Assembly (NCBI GenBank): GCA_039809905.1
Contig: JBDHVY010000001.1
Coordinates: 30,001 to 62,000, forward strand
Origin: Candidatus Babelota bacterium
Lineage (GTDB): Bacteria; Babelota; Babeliae; Babelales; Vermiphilaceae
DNA length: 32,000 nt
Direction of reading: 5' to 3'
Each line of letters begins with the position of its first letter. Within the stretch, counting starts at the first letter, position 1. The position numbers and the translations under genes are program-made. The notes below the pieces were generated by a model. That model was not told the origin of the DNA, did no database searches, and worked only from the letters and a program-made list of their open reading frames with translations. This document shows positions 8,170-17,878 of the stretch, one piece after another.

Positions 8170-10893
8170 ATGAAATGCAGAAGCACCATCCAATCGCTTT
8201 TTATATCTTTCATTCTTTCTTTTGGCGTCATTATTCATCCTGAAACAAACATTCCTGAAAAAAACACTCCTAGTGCCGCTGAGCAAGAACAAATAGCTCA
8301 ATTACTACAATTTGCAGAAAGTGCTTTAGTAAAAGCATTCAGTGCTTTACAAACAATTGAAAACAAATTGACAGAAATAGCCCTTTTGGTAAAAAAAGGG
8401 TCATTCAGTAAATATGGTGATAGCAGTTCAAAAATAATGGCCGTATTGACTGATAATAAAGCAACGGTAAACGCTTTATTGCAAAACCAAGCCAGCATCA
8501 TGTCTCTGCAAGACCCAATGAAATATTTAGAAGCCGCGTTTGTTGTTTCAGAATTTTGTAATGCTTTCATTCCTTATTTGGACCAACAAATACATAACAG
8601 CTTTAAAAACACAAAGCCTTTTGATTTCAAGGGCTTCTTAAAAAGAATACAGCACAAAACAACGAGCAGAAGCAGAGTCAATCATCTAGAACCAGCATCA
8701 TTGGACAAACAACTTAATGTCACACGCACACACCTGAAAAAACTTGATATTACTGTTCAGGAAATAGGCCTGACATGGTACAATAAAGCTGCTCGTAAAG
8801 TTGATAAATATATTGTAACTCCTGCGAATAAATATCATTTACCCACAATCGGTCTTTATACTGCTGGTCTTGGCATTATTGGCTTATATACATTGTGGCA
8901 TAATGGACATTTATTACTCGATGAAAATGCTGAGCAACTCATAAAATCAAAGATTCCGAATCCTCAGGGTTCACCAAAATCACCTGTCACGGCTCCTAAG
9001 CCATCAATAAAATCGAATGCTTCTGGTAAAACTGGTTCTGATGCACCAATATGGCTCAAAAGCTTTATCGTTAACTGGCTCGGTTATGCAAATGGTAAAG
9101 GCCCCATTATTCGCGATCATATGACTGGTAGATATCGTGTATTTAAGTTAGAAGATCTCAAAGATAAAAAGTCTGAAATAGGCGGCGCCCACAATCAAGA
9201 TACTGATTTAACAAAAATACCAAGCGATGCTTGCATGCTCGCAACTGCTGATCATATTGTTACAGGACTTATGAGTAATGCTAACCCATTAGCAGCATTG
9301 GCTGCTGGTTATATGTTAAAATCTTTCTATGAAACATGGAAAGAGAGTATATGGCCAGAAGTTATCAAAAGAAGAACTAAAGTCTGGAATATGCTTCGTG
9401 GAGGAGAATATCTTAATACATACACGCCAGGACTTGCTCAAATTAAACCTACGGTAAGCTTTAAGGATATGGTTGGTCTTGATGAGGTTAAAAAGCAATT
9501 CTATTCAATCATCCAATATATTGATAATCCTGAACAATTAATGCGTATTGAAGCAACTCCAGAAAAAGGATGGTTGCTCAGTGGTCCTTCTCGTACTGGT
9601 AAAACATTCAGTGTTGAATGCCTGTGCGGAGAAATAGAGTTGCTCATGGAAAAACGTGGTATGGCGAACAAGATAAAATTCTTCAACATTGATGCTGCTT
9701 TAGTTAATAAATTTGGAATTCAGGCAATTCTCAATGAAGTACGGGAAAATGCACCAGCTGTTATATTCCTTGATGAAATTGATTTACTTGGATTACAGCG
9801 TGTAGGTAATAATGCTCTACTCAGCGAATTCCTTACTTCAATGCAAAGCTCTATGAATGGAGATCCATCAAAAGTGGTTATCGTTATTGCTGCCACTAAC
9901 AAACCTCATCACCTTGATGATGCACTCCGCCAAAATGGTCGTTTTGGTAAAGAAATAAACTTTGAATATCCTGCAAGAAAGTATCGCGTTGAGTTCATTA
10001 AACGAGAGTTAGCTAACATGGCTCTTAATATTAATGATTTTGATGCAGAAAGTCTCGCTGATAAAACAAATAACAAGACGTTTGAAGATCTTAAAGCTGT
10101 TATTCGTAATGCTATGACGCGTTCATGGATGAATGGAGTATCACTCACACAAGAATTACTTGAAGACAGTATTGATACTGAAATTCGCCATATCATCACC
10201 ACTGAACGCAAAGAACTCCCGGAACAAGAAAAACGTCTTATTGCTGTACACTTTGCAGGAAGAGCTCTTGCGGCAATGAATCTTGAAACACATGAACAAT
10301 TTGATAAAGTAACCATTTTTGCACGTATGACTGAAATACAAGAACAAGGCGTATGGGACAACTATGCAAAAAATGATGGTACCAATAATAAAAAAGAACA
10401 TGAAAAGAGAATTCAGCACGGTGCATTGTTAACAAAACAATCACATGATACTATTAATGTCAAAAATGCAACAACCGTTATAAATGATGCAACGGTTCTT
10501 ATTGCAGGATTTGAGGCTGAAAAACTTTTACTTGGAGAATGCGGATATACATTCCATGAGGATGATCGAAACCTTGCATACCAATTCTTGGAAAAACTAG
10601 TATTCGGTGGTCTTAAAAAAGAAAATTTGGCTAAAAATGTTTGTGAAGAACTTAAGGCAAAAGTTTCGGCATTACTGACAGAGTGTCATGAGAAAGCTAT
10701 GATTATTCTCAAAGAACATGAAGATACTCTCAATGCAATTGCTCAAGAACTCATGGTAAAAAAAACATTGAATAAAAAAGATATTGAAAACATCATTGAA
10801 AAAGTAAAAAACCCAATAATAGAAACAACAAATGATATTGTTGAGGCACCTGCAGAAACACCATCTGAAGATGCAGAAGCTGCAATAGCTTAA
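8170..10893 (+). CDS. FtsH-like membrane AAA+ protein with a degenerate (HEXXH-less) M41 protease module and a long N-terminal extension
   Basis: GGGGAGGA SD upstream. Two TM segments. Walker A GPSRTGKT (9583-9606), Walker B VIFLDEID, AATNKP and RQNGRFG. At the zinc-site position the sequence is HFAGRA (10249-10266) instead of HEAGHA. Confidence 0.85.
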   Translation: MKCRSTIQSLFISFILSFGVIIHPETNIPEKNTPSAAEQEQIAQLLQFAESALVKAFSALQTIENKLTEIALLVKKGSFSKYGDSSSKIMAVLTDNKATVNALLQNQASIMSLQDPMKYLEAAFVVSEFCNAFIPYLDQQIHNSFKNTKPFDFKGFLKRIQHKTTSRSRVNHLEPASLDKQLNVTRTHLKKLDITVQEIGLTWYNKAARKVDKYIVTPANKYHLPTIGLYTAGLGIIGLYTLWHNGHLLLDENAEQLIKSKIPNPQGSPKSPVTAPKPSIKSNASGKTGSDAPIWLKSFIVNWLGYANGKGPIIRDHMTGRYRVFKLEDLKDKKSEIGGAHNQDTDLTKIPSDACMLATADHIVTGLMSNANPLAALAAGYMLKSFYETWKESIWPEVIKRRTKVWNMLRGGEYLNTYTPGLAQIKPTVSFKDMVGLDEVKKQFYSIIQYIDNPEQLMRIEATPEKGWLLSGPSRTGKTFSVECLCGEIELLMEKRGMANKIKFFNIDAALVNKFGIQAILNEVRENAPAVIFLDEIDLLGLQRVGNNALLSEFLTSMQSSMNGDPSKVVIVIAATNKPHHLDDALRQNGRFGKEINFEYPARKYRVEFIKRELANMALNINDFDAESLADKTNNKTFEDLKAVIRNAMTRSWMNGVSLTQELLEDSIDTEIRHIITTERKELPEQEKRLIAVHFAGRALAAMNLETHEQFDKVTIFARMTEIQEQGVWDNYAKNDGTNNKKEHEKRIQHGALLTKQSHDTINVKNATTVINDATVLIAGFEAEKLLLGECGYTFHEDDRNLAYQFLEKLVFGGLKKENLAKNVCEELKAKVSALLTECHEKAMIILKEHEDTLNAIAQELMVKKTLNKKDIENIIEKVKNPIIETTNDIVEAPAETPSEDAEAAIA

Positions 10894-10911
10894 AAAGAGA
10901 TATTAAAAAAT

Positions 10912-10950
10912 AAAAGTAGCCTTGAATTTTTCAAGGCTACTTTTATTTTT
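10912..10950. terminator. Bidirectional rho-independent terminator
   Basis: gtagccttgaa (10916-10926) pairs with ttcaaggctac (10930-10940). It is flanked by aaaa and ttttattttt, and lies between convergent genes. Confidence 0.85.
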
Positions 10951-10961
10951 TAATACCCAAC

Positions 10962-11384
10962 TTATTTATCAATCATTGCAATCCGCTGTGCATATCGCCC
11001 ACCTTTAAATTCCTGCGCAAGCCAAGATTCAATCATATTCACTGCGTCAGCATACGAAACAAAATCACAAGGAAGTGCCAAAACATTGGTATTATCTTCT
11101 TGTTTGCATCTCATAGCAATATCTGCATTCCAGACAACAGCTGCATATATATTTCTGTGACGATTAGCAGCAATTGCCATACCAGTTCCCGTACCACACA
11201 ACAGCACTCCATTGTGCACACTGCCAGAATTGATTAATTCAACAACTTTATCAGAGAAAAGAGGATAATCGGTGCGCTCTTCATTATCTGTACCAACATC
11301 TATCCAGGTAATATTTGGCATATGCTGTTCAATATATTTTTTATGTAAAAATCCACGATGATCAGCACCAATAGCAATTTTCAT
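10962..11384 (-). CDS. rpiB: Ribose-5-phosphate isomerase B (RpiB/LacA/LacB family)
   Basis: MKIAIGADHRGF at the N-terminus, and LLCGTGTGMAIAANR. The start is placed at ATG 11384, because the longer ORF-track start would overlap the upstream gene by more than 100 nt. Confidence 0.88.
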   Translation of the reverse strand: MKIAIGADHRGFLHKKYIEQHMPNITWIDVGTDNEERTDYPLFSDKVVELINSGSVHNGVLLCGTGTGMAIAANRHRNIYAAVVWNADIAMRCKQEDNTNVLALPCDFVSYADAVNMIESWLAQEFKGGRYAQRIAMIDK

Positions 11385-11394
11385 AGAGACCTCA

Positions 11395-12021
11395 TTATTG
11401 CTTAGTATTCCACATAAATACAGCTTCCGACTTAAGCGATCTCCCATACAACGTAATATTTTTTGTTTCAGGAGTAACCAAGAATTGGTCATTAATATCT
11501 TTTGCATCAAATTTTATACTATAAGGTACTTTAAAGCGATTATATTTTTTACCAAAAATATGAATATATTCTGGCGAAATATCGATTGCTTTAATTTCAA
11601 TAGGCGCATAATTTTTATCATCAATACGCAAGAAGAATGTCCATTCACTATCAGAATTTCCCAACGGATGTTCGTAAGTAGTTAACACATAAAATGTTAT
11701 GAAATGATTATTCTCTTCAAGTTGACGTCGTAAGAAAACTTTTTTTTGTTCCTCTGTTTTTCCAAATTTTAATGTATACAGATGAGCATAATTAACCCGC
11801 ACATCATCTGATAACCATAGTACATCAAAACGAGCACGCGTAGTTAATTGGTCATATGTCGTAACTGAACGAATATACTGCTGAGCTTGAGTAATATCAC
11901 TATCGACAGTTGGAGCTTGTATAAAAGTTCTTTCTCCCCAATCAATAATTCTTCCACAACCAGATAAAAATAACACACCAACACAAAGAGAGAGCGTACG
12001 AATTTTCATTAATACTTTCAT
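11395..12021 (-). CDS. Hypothetical lipoprotein
   Basis: Lipobox L-S-G-C in MKIRTLSLCVGVLFLSGCGR. 208-aa ORF immediately upstream of rpiB on the same strand. Confidence 0.7.
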   Translation of the reverse strand: MKVLMKIRTLSLCVGVLFLSGCGRIIDWGERTFIQAPTVDSDITQAQQYIRSVTTYDQLTTRARFDVLWLSDDVRVNYAHLYTLKFGKTEEQKKVFLRRQLEENNHFITFYVLTTYEHPLGNSDSEWTFFLRIDDKNYAPIEIKAIDISPEYIHIFGKKYNRFKVPYSIKFDAKDINDQFLVTPETKNITLYGRSLKSEAVFMWNTKQ

Positions 12022-12106
12022 ATTTTCCTTTTCATTTGTAACCTTTAGTGTTACTAGTTATCCTAATTAAAACAATAATTCTTTACAAGAGCCAAGGCAG
12101 GAAACA

Positions 12107-13339
12107 ATGAATACAACGCCCTTTTTTTTAGCTCACCGTATGTTGTTCGCTCACGTATATCAAAAAAGTATTTCAACAATGACCATCATTTGTTTTGTAG
12201 GTATATTTATTGGTTCCTTTTCTCTTGCACTTATCACTGCCATTATGAATGGCTTTGAGGCTACTATTTATCAAAAAATGCAGGGAATTCACTCACAAGT
12301 AATCATACAGTCATATAATAATGATATTAACCTTGATGTACTTACTTCTGTTCTGACAAAAGAATTTCCTCAAGTTATCGCTTGTTCTCCCATGGCTACT
12401 CATCATGTTTTATTGCGCACACAAGATTCATCAGACGAAATGCCAATAGTAGCAATGATCAAAGGAATTGATCCATATAAAGAACATTTAACCAGCTCTT
12501 TACCTCAGAAAATCACGCAATCCATTTCATCAGAGTTTTCTCAACTCTTTGCTAAAAATCATATTATTATCGGTAAAGAATTGGCACGTAACAATCAAAT
12601 TACTGTCGGCGACACGATAGATCTTCTTTATATACAAGATCAAAGAACATATCGCAATAAAGTTACTTTTGAATCACAACCTGCTATGGTAAGTGGCATT
12701 TTTGATACAGGAATTGATGAATTTGATAGCGGTGTTGTATATTGTTCTCTTACATTTTTAGAAGAACTATACCCAAACATGCACATAGAGCAAATCAATG
12801 TTGCACTTGCATCGCGCACAAATGAAGAAATCATTATACAATCATTACGAAACCGACTCGGTCTTGAAGTATATTCCTGGAAAGATTTATATCCATCTCT
12901 TGTTGCGAGTTTAAAACTCGAAAAATATGTTTCATTTTTTATTCTTGCATTAATTGTTCTTGTTGCAAGCATGAATATTATTTCTCTTCTGTTTATGCAA
13001 ATTACTCAAAAAAAACCTATAATTGCTTTACTCAAGGCAATGGGTATGTCTCACCAAGCAATTAGCGCTATTTTTTTCATTATGGGAATGGCTATCAGTT
13101 CCGGCGCATCTTTGTGTGGTCTTGGCGCTGCATTAGTTGCTAGTTGGGTACTGAAAAAATATCCTTTTATTACACTGCCGGATAGCTATTACGTTACACA
13201 TCTGCCTGTTGCAATGAGTTGGTCTATTATATGTATTGTTTTTTGTGTTGTTGTTATGTTTAGTTTATGTGCAACATGGTTACCAATACAAAGAATACGT
13301 TCTATCAATATTTCTCAGGTCCTACGATTTGAAGGATAA
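12107..13339 (+). CDS. LolC/LolE-type lipoprotein-release permease (FtsX/MacB-type)
   Basis: N-terminal FFLAHRML motif. A first TM is followed by a large soluble loop and then three C-terminal TMs. Typical size of 410 aa. Confidence 0.8.
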   Translation: MNTTPFFLAHRMLFAHVYQKSISTMTIICFVGIFIGSFSLALITAIMNGFEATIYQKMQGIHSQVIIQSYNNDINLDVLTSVLTKEFPQVIACSPMATHHVLLRTQDSSDEMPIVAMIKGIDPYKEHLTSSLPQKITQSISSEFSQLFAKNHIIIGKELARNNQITVGDTIDLLYIQDQRTYRNKVTFESQPAMVSGIFDTGIDEFDSGVVYCSLTFLEELYPNMHIEQINVALASRTNEEIIIQSLRNRLGLEVYSWKDLYPSLVASLKLEKYVSFFILALIVLVASMNIISLLFMQITQKKPIIALLKAMGMSHQAISAIFFIMGMAISSGASLCGLGAALVASWVLKKYPFITLPDSYYVTHLPVAMSWSIICIVFCVVVMFSLCATWLPIQRIRSINISQVLRFEG

Positions 13340-13341
13340 AA

Positions 13342-14511
13342 ATGATTCATCAAAAATTATCGTCATGGCACATGCTCAATAAACGTATTTTTGTTCGTGC
13401 AGATTTAAACGTACCAATCTCACAAGGGAATATCACCAATGATTTTCGCTTACAAAGTATCATGCCTACCTTAGATTTTATTATTGAACATAAAGGCAGC
13501 ATTGTTTTAGCAACACATCTGGGGCGGCCAAAAAATAAAAATCCGGAATTTTCTACAAAAATACTCATTCCTTGGTTTGAAAAACATGGATACACTATAC
13601 GTTTTATTGAAGATTTTACAAAAATTACATCCGAAAAAATCGTTCCAAAAGAAATTCTTTTATTAGAAAATCTCCGCTTTTTTCCTGAAGAAAAAAATGG
13701 AGATCCTTTATTTGCAAAACAACTTGCACATACTGCGCAATATTATGTTAATGATGCTTTTGGAGTATTACACGAATATGATTGTTCAGTCACTTTACTC
13801 CCTTATGAATTTCCTGAAAACAAGCGTAGTATTGGATTTTTAATAGAAAAAGAATTGTCAGTATTGGCTCAACTGAAAGAACATCCGCAACAACCATTTA
13901 TTGCCATCCTTGGGGGAGAGAAAATCAAAGACAAAATTCCGCTGATGAAACATTTACTTTCCAAAGTTGAATCTCTCATCATTTGTCCAGCTCTTTGTTT
14001 TTCATTTCTTGCTGCACGCAAGCAAACCGTAGGAAAATCTCTTGTTGATACTACAATGATTCCAACCTGCAAAGAAATAATGCTTCAGGCAGAAAATTCC
14101 AATATTCCCTGCATATTTCCTGTTGATTATCAAGTTGCATACAATTCTATTGATGGACCATTAGATATAGTTGATGGACAAAAAATTCCTGATAATGCCA
14201 TTGGCATTTCCGTTGGACCTAAAACTGTTGCCAATATTACCGAAATAATTAATCATGCAAAAACAATTTTTCTCAATTGCGCGATGGGATTTTCAGAAAG
14301 ACCAGAAACACAAGAAAGCACTATCGCTATCATCAACGCAATGGCACAATCATCTGCTATAACAATTATTGCCGGTGGAGATTCTGTTGATAGTGCTTTT
14401 CATGCAAAATATTACTCACAAATTGATCATCTCTCGACTGGCGGAGGAGCAGCACTTGCATATTTAAGTGATACAGTATTACCAGGATTAAATCCATTTG
14501 AAGAAAAATAA
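13342..14511 (+). CDS. pgk: Phosphoglycerate kinase
   Basis: RIFVRADLNVP, LENLRFFPEE, and C-terminal HLSTGGGAALAYL. The start lies 2 nt after the upstream stop codon. Confidence 0.92.
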   Translation: MIHQKLSSWHMLNKRIFVRADLNVPISQGNITNDFRLQSIMPTLDFIIEHKGSIVLATHLGRPKNKNPEFSTKILIPWFEKHGYTIRFIEDFTKITSEKIVPKEILLLENLRFFPEEKNGDPLFAKQLAHTAQYYVNDAFGVLHEYDCSVTLLPYEFPENKRSIGFLIEKELSVLAQLKEHPQQPFIAILGGEKIKDKIPLMKHLLSKVESLIICPALCFSFLAARKQTVGKSLVDTTMIPTCKEIMLQAENSNIPCIFPVDYQVAYNSIDGPLDIVDGQKIPDNAIGISVGPKTVANITEIINHAKTIFLNCAMGFSERPETQESTIAIINAMAQSSAITIIAGGDSVDSAFHAKYYSQIDHLSTGGGAALAYLSDTVLPGLNPFEEK

Positions 14512-14514
14512 AAC

Positions 14515-15051
14515 TTAATATACTGGACAAAAACTCAACAAACAGAGCCCATCAACCATAATTTCTTCATGAGGATGTTCTTCATCAGGAGAACTATTTT
14601 TCTCACAAACCAAAAAGCCATGATTATCATGCTTTAAGTCCCATGCATAAAAACCATAATCATTTAAACCAAGCTTTTCTGCAATCGTTTCAGCCATTTC
14701 CTCATGTGAATGACCACGATTTTTACGGCTTTCATAATTAAAAGAACGGACTTTTTGATTAAATGAAGATTGAGCAACTTTTTCTATAAATTGATCTGGA
14801 TTAGTCCAAATGTTTTCAAATCCCTGCAATTCTTCTCCAGAAATTCCCACAATACCTTTTAAACAATTGAATGCAGGATTATCTATGAAATATGCTGCTT
14901 TTGGTATATTAAAATAATCTTTACTACACAATTCATGCAATACAAAATCGGTTATATTGTCACGACCATGTAACTGCAACATTTTTCTGGGCAAACGTCG
15001 CAGATTATCAACAATTTGAGCATGTCGATACATCATCATCTCGGGCTTCAT
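14515..15051 (-). CDS. Hypothetical cytoplasmic protein with two H-x-H-E-E motifs
   Basis: 178-aa ORF with an AAGGAG SD 6 nt upstream of the ATG. Contains GHSHEEM and EHPHEEI. No signal peptide and no recognisable family. Confidence 0.65.
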   Translation of the reverse strand: MKPEMMMYRHAQIVDNLRRLPRKMLQLHGRDNITDFVLHELCSKDYFNIPKAAYFIDNPAFNCLKGIVGISGEELQGFENIWTNPDQFIEKVAQSSFNQKVRSFNYESRKNRGHSHEEMAETIAEKLGLNDYGFYAWDLKHDNHGFLVCEKNSSPDEEHPHEEIMVDGLCLLSFCPVY

Positions 15052-15335
15052 AACTACTCCTTCTGATCACCATCCTACTACTCTCTTGATCAACATACCC
15101 CACCTTACCCTTAACTGCAACTACTCTCAAAAGCCTTTTATTTCATTCTATCATGTCTTATTTTTTCAAAGCAATACTTGCACAACCACAATAAAATTTA
15201 ATATCTGAATTAAATTATTAAGCGTTTGCGCCTTTATGTTTTCAGATATGGAGTAAACCACCTGATTGACTGGAGGAAATTTATCTTTATGGTATACTAA
15301 AAAGTAATATTTAAATCGAAATAGGACATAGAGTG

Positions 15336-16403
15336 ATGCATAAGCAAAAAATGGCACTTGTAATTTTAATGTTTTTTGCCACCTTTTTCCCAGTAACAGC
15401 ACGAACTCCTTTTAGAAAAAAAGATAAAGATGAGTCACGAGTTACTGCTGGGTGGTTAGGCTTTAAAACCGGCATATCTCGAACAAGCAGAGCTTTTACA
15501 AAATCAATGTTTAGCATATTTAACCGTGATTATTTTTATAGTCATCTTTTTCCAAAAAAATATGTGAAAGATGCTCATCATGATAATACATTCATTGATT
15601 GTATTGCTATTAACAAGTGTATTGAAAAATTGTTGAAAGAAATAAAAAAACAAAAAAAAGAATATACCGATTTTGAAATTTTAAAAGATAAAAATTTTAA
15701 CCGTCATAAAAAATGTGGTTTATTAATTTTAAAATTTAAAAATTATCCGTTTGTCCTTAAACTTTTTATGGAAACACCAAAAACATTTATCGATCCTTAT
15801 TGCAAGGGCCCCGATAATCAATTCTTTTTTTACATGTCTGGCGGAATGAATAGACATATTGCAGGATTAACGCGCGTAAGAAATTTAGAGCTGGTAAAAA
15901 ATCAAATAGAACAAAATGATCGCTGGAAAAATAACGTTATCATGCCTCGTAAATGGTATTGGATACCAAAAAAACCTCGTTGGATGGAAATCAAAGGATA
16001 TAACATTGGTAACGAAAAAGAGATATCTACCTTAATGCCAAGCACGTACGCTATTATTGCCGATATGCTTGATACTAAAGAAGATGCCCCTTTATTATCA
16101 GTACAAAAGAGAAGTGAGCTTGTAATGCAACTGTGTATGGATTTACAACTTTTTGTTGATCCGCATGGTGATAATTTTGTGGTTAAACATAATAAAGAAA
16201 CAAACGAATATAATATAAGCATTGTCGATACAGAACATTTTCCTTCTCTTGTTGGTCTTAAAGAACAACCGTTTTTTAACAATCATCTTGAATATTATGT
16301 CTATCTTGGAGCAAAATACTTCAAAGATGCATTCTTGCAAACAAAACTTGATCGTCGAGAAGCTCAAAATTATATAAGTCCTTGTGAATTACAATGGCAA
16401 TAA
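15336..16403 (+). CDS. Secreted hypothetical protein with protein-kinase-like catalytic-loop motifs
   Basis: Signal-like N-terminus (MALVILMFFATFFPVTA). VDPHGDNFVV (Asp 16158-16160, Asn 16173-16175) fits the D-x4-N pattern of HRDLKPxN. It is followed 23 residues (catalytic Asp to metal Asp) later by ISIVDTEHF, which is DFG-like (Asp 16227-16229). A terminator follows the stop codon. Confidence 0.7.
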   Translation: MHKQKMALVILMFFATFFPVTARTPFRKKDKDESRVTAGWLGFKTGISRTSRAFTKSMFSIFNRDYFYSHLFPKKYVKDAHHDNTFIDCIAINKCIEKLLKEIKKQKKEYTDFEILKDKNFNRHKKCGLLILKFKNYPFVLKLFMETPKTFIDPYCKGPDNQFFFYMSGGMNRHIAGLTRVRNLELVKNQIEQNDRWKNNVIMPRKWYWIPKKPRWMEIKGYNIGNEKEISTLMPSTYAIIADMLDTKEDAPLLSVQKRSELVMQLCMDLQLFVDPHGDNFVVKHNKETNEYNISIVDTEHFPSLVGLKEQPFFNNHLEYYVYLGAKYFKDAFLQTKLDRREAQNYISPCELQWQ

Positions 16404-16423
16404 AAATAAGATTGCGCAAAACA

Positions 16424-16459
16424 TTAAAAAAACACCCAGCTGGTAAGCTGGGTGTTTTA
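16424..16459. terminator. Bidirectional rho-independent terminator overlapping the dnaA stop codon
   Basis: aacacccagc (16431-16440) pairs with gctgggtgtt (16447-16456). An A-run lies upstream and a T-run downstream. Confidence 0.8.
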
Positions 16460-17878
16460 TATATTTAATTCTTTTTCTATGGCACTCAATTGACGTTGTA
16501 ATTTTACATCCGCACCTATGTGTTGTTCTATTTTAGAAATAGCATGTTTTACTGTTGTATGATTACGATCACCCAAATATGCCCCAATTTCCCTTAATGA
16601 ACGCTCAGTATTTTTTTTCATTATATACATGGTAACTTGACGAGCAAAGGCCAATTCTTTATTTCTGTTTTCTGAACGTAATTCTTCTAAAGAATAAGGG
16701 AAATGCTTTGATATTGCTTTTATAACTGCTTTAAAGTCCACTGTTTCCTTAGTTGCACATTCATCATGCAAAAATACTTTTTTCACCAAAGCAAGAGTAA
16801 TTGGTTCTTGTGTTAATTGTGCAAATGCTATCACACGAATCAATGCTCCCTCTAATTCTCTGATATTAGAAGTAACATGAGATGCAAGGAAATGAGCTAC
16901 TTCATCATTAAGAACTTGACCATTTGCTTCGGCTTTTCCCTTAAGAATAGCCATTTTAACTTCGATACAAGGTTGATGAATATCGGCTATCATGCCTGAT
17001 GCTAAACGCGATCGTAATCGGTCAGCAATTCCATTCATATTTTGTGGAAATGTATCGCTTGAAAATACCAATTGTTTACGCGCATCATACAGTGAATTAA
17101 AAATATGAAAAAATGCTTCCTGCGTTGTATCTTTGTTTGAAATAAATTGAATATCATCAATCAAGAGAACATCCACCAACTGATATTTTTTTTGAAATCT
17201 ATCTATTTTATCAAAGCGAATTGCATTAATAAATTCTTGTACAAATCGATCTGCTGTTTGATACAAAACAAGAGCTTTTTTATTATGTGATTGAATGGCA
17301 TTGCCAATAGCATGCAATAAATGAGTTTTACCCAGGCCTGATCCTCCATAAATAAACAATGGATTATATAAATCGCCTGGCTTTTGAGCAACAGCAGATG
17401 CTGCTGCATACGCAAGAGAATTTGTTGGACCAACTACAAAAGTATCAAACTCATATTTTTTGTTGATATGACCATATTGTTCTGCACGCTGCTGCCCCAC
17501 TAAATCATTTCTTTTCGAAACAAATGGAATAACGTGAGCTGGACGATATGTTTTTATTGATGTTTTTTTTGGTTCATTCAACGTAACTTGCATTAAACCA
17601 TTATTTATCTCATGACTATCATGCTGCTTTGAAGAATGCGTTATAAATACAACTTTGGGATCAGGAACATTAAGTAATCGTGCCAAATGTATTTGAAAAA
17701 TGGTCCTATAATTTTTTTCAAGCCAATTACAAACAAATGCATTTGGAGTTTGTAAATAAATTACTTTTTCCATAGCATCCCATTTTGTCATAGAAACAGC
17801 TTTGAACCATGTTTCAACAACACGGCTACCCAACTCTTCTCGTACAATCTTTAAAAAATCTTCCCAAATGAAATGCAT
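16457..17878 (-). CDS. dnaA: Chromosomal replication initiator DnaA
   Basis: Walker A GGSGLGKTHLLHAIGN, Walker B LLIDDIQF, and a C-terminal DNA-binding block (SLREIGAYLGDRNHTTVKHAISKIE). The start is placed at ATG 17878 (MHFIWEDFLKIVREELG), which is a typical DnaA N-terminus. Confidence 0.93.
   Translation of the reverse strand: MHFIWEDFLKIVREELGSRVVETWFKAVSMTKWDAMEKVIYLQTPNAFVCNWLEKNYRTIFQIHLARLLNVPDPKVVFITHSSKQHDSHEINNGLMQVTLNEPKKTSIKTYRPAHVIPFVSKRNDLVGQQRAEQYGHINKKYEFDTFVVGPTNSLAYAAASAVAQKPGDLYNPLFIYGGSGLGKTHLLHAIGNAIQSHNKKALVLYQTADRFVQEFINAIRFDKIDRFQKKYQLVDVLLIDDIQFISNKDTTQEAFFHIFNSLYDARKQLVFSSDTFPQNMNGIADRLRSRLASGMIADIHQPCIEVKMAILKGKAEANGQVLNDEVAHFLASHVTSNIRELEGALIRVIAFAQLTQEPITLALVKKVFLHDECATKETVDFKAVIKAISKHFPYSLEELRSENRNKELAFARQVTMYIMKKNTERSLREIGAYLGDRNHTTVKHAISKIEQHIGADVKLQRQLSAIEKELNI

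Noticed and set aside
8298-10444. Several 60-150-aa minus-strand ORFs inside the FtsH-like gene. Similar internal antisense ORFs occur in other genes: 2367-2642, 7563-7865, 12640-12972, 13350-13595, 13869-14072, 15902-16367, 17203-17433, 19535-19759, 21456-21644, 25252-25545 and 27474-27957.
   Set aside because: All are nested in longer ORFs that have strong family motifs on the opposite strand or in another frame. They have no SD sites and are typical of chance ORFs.
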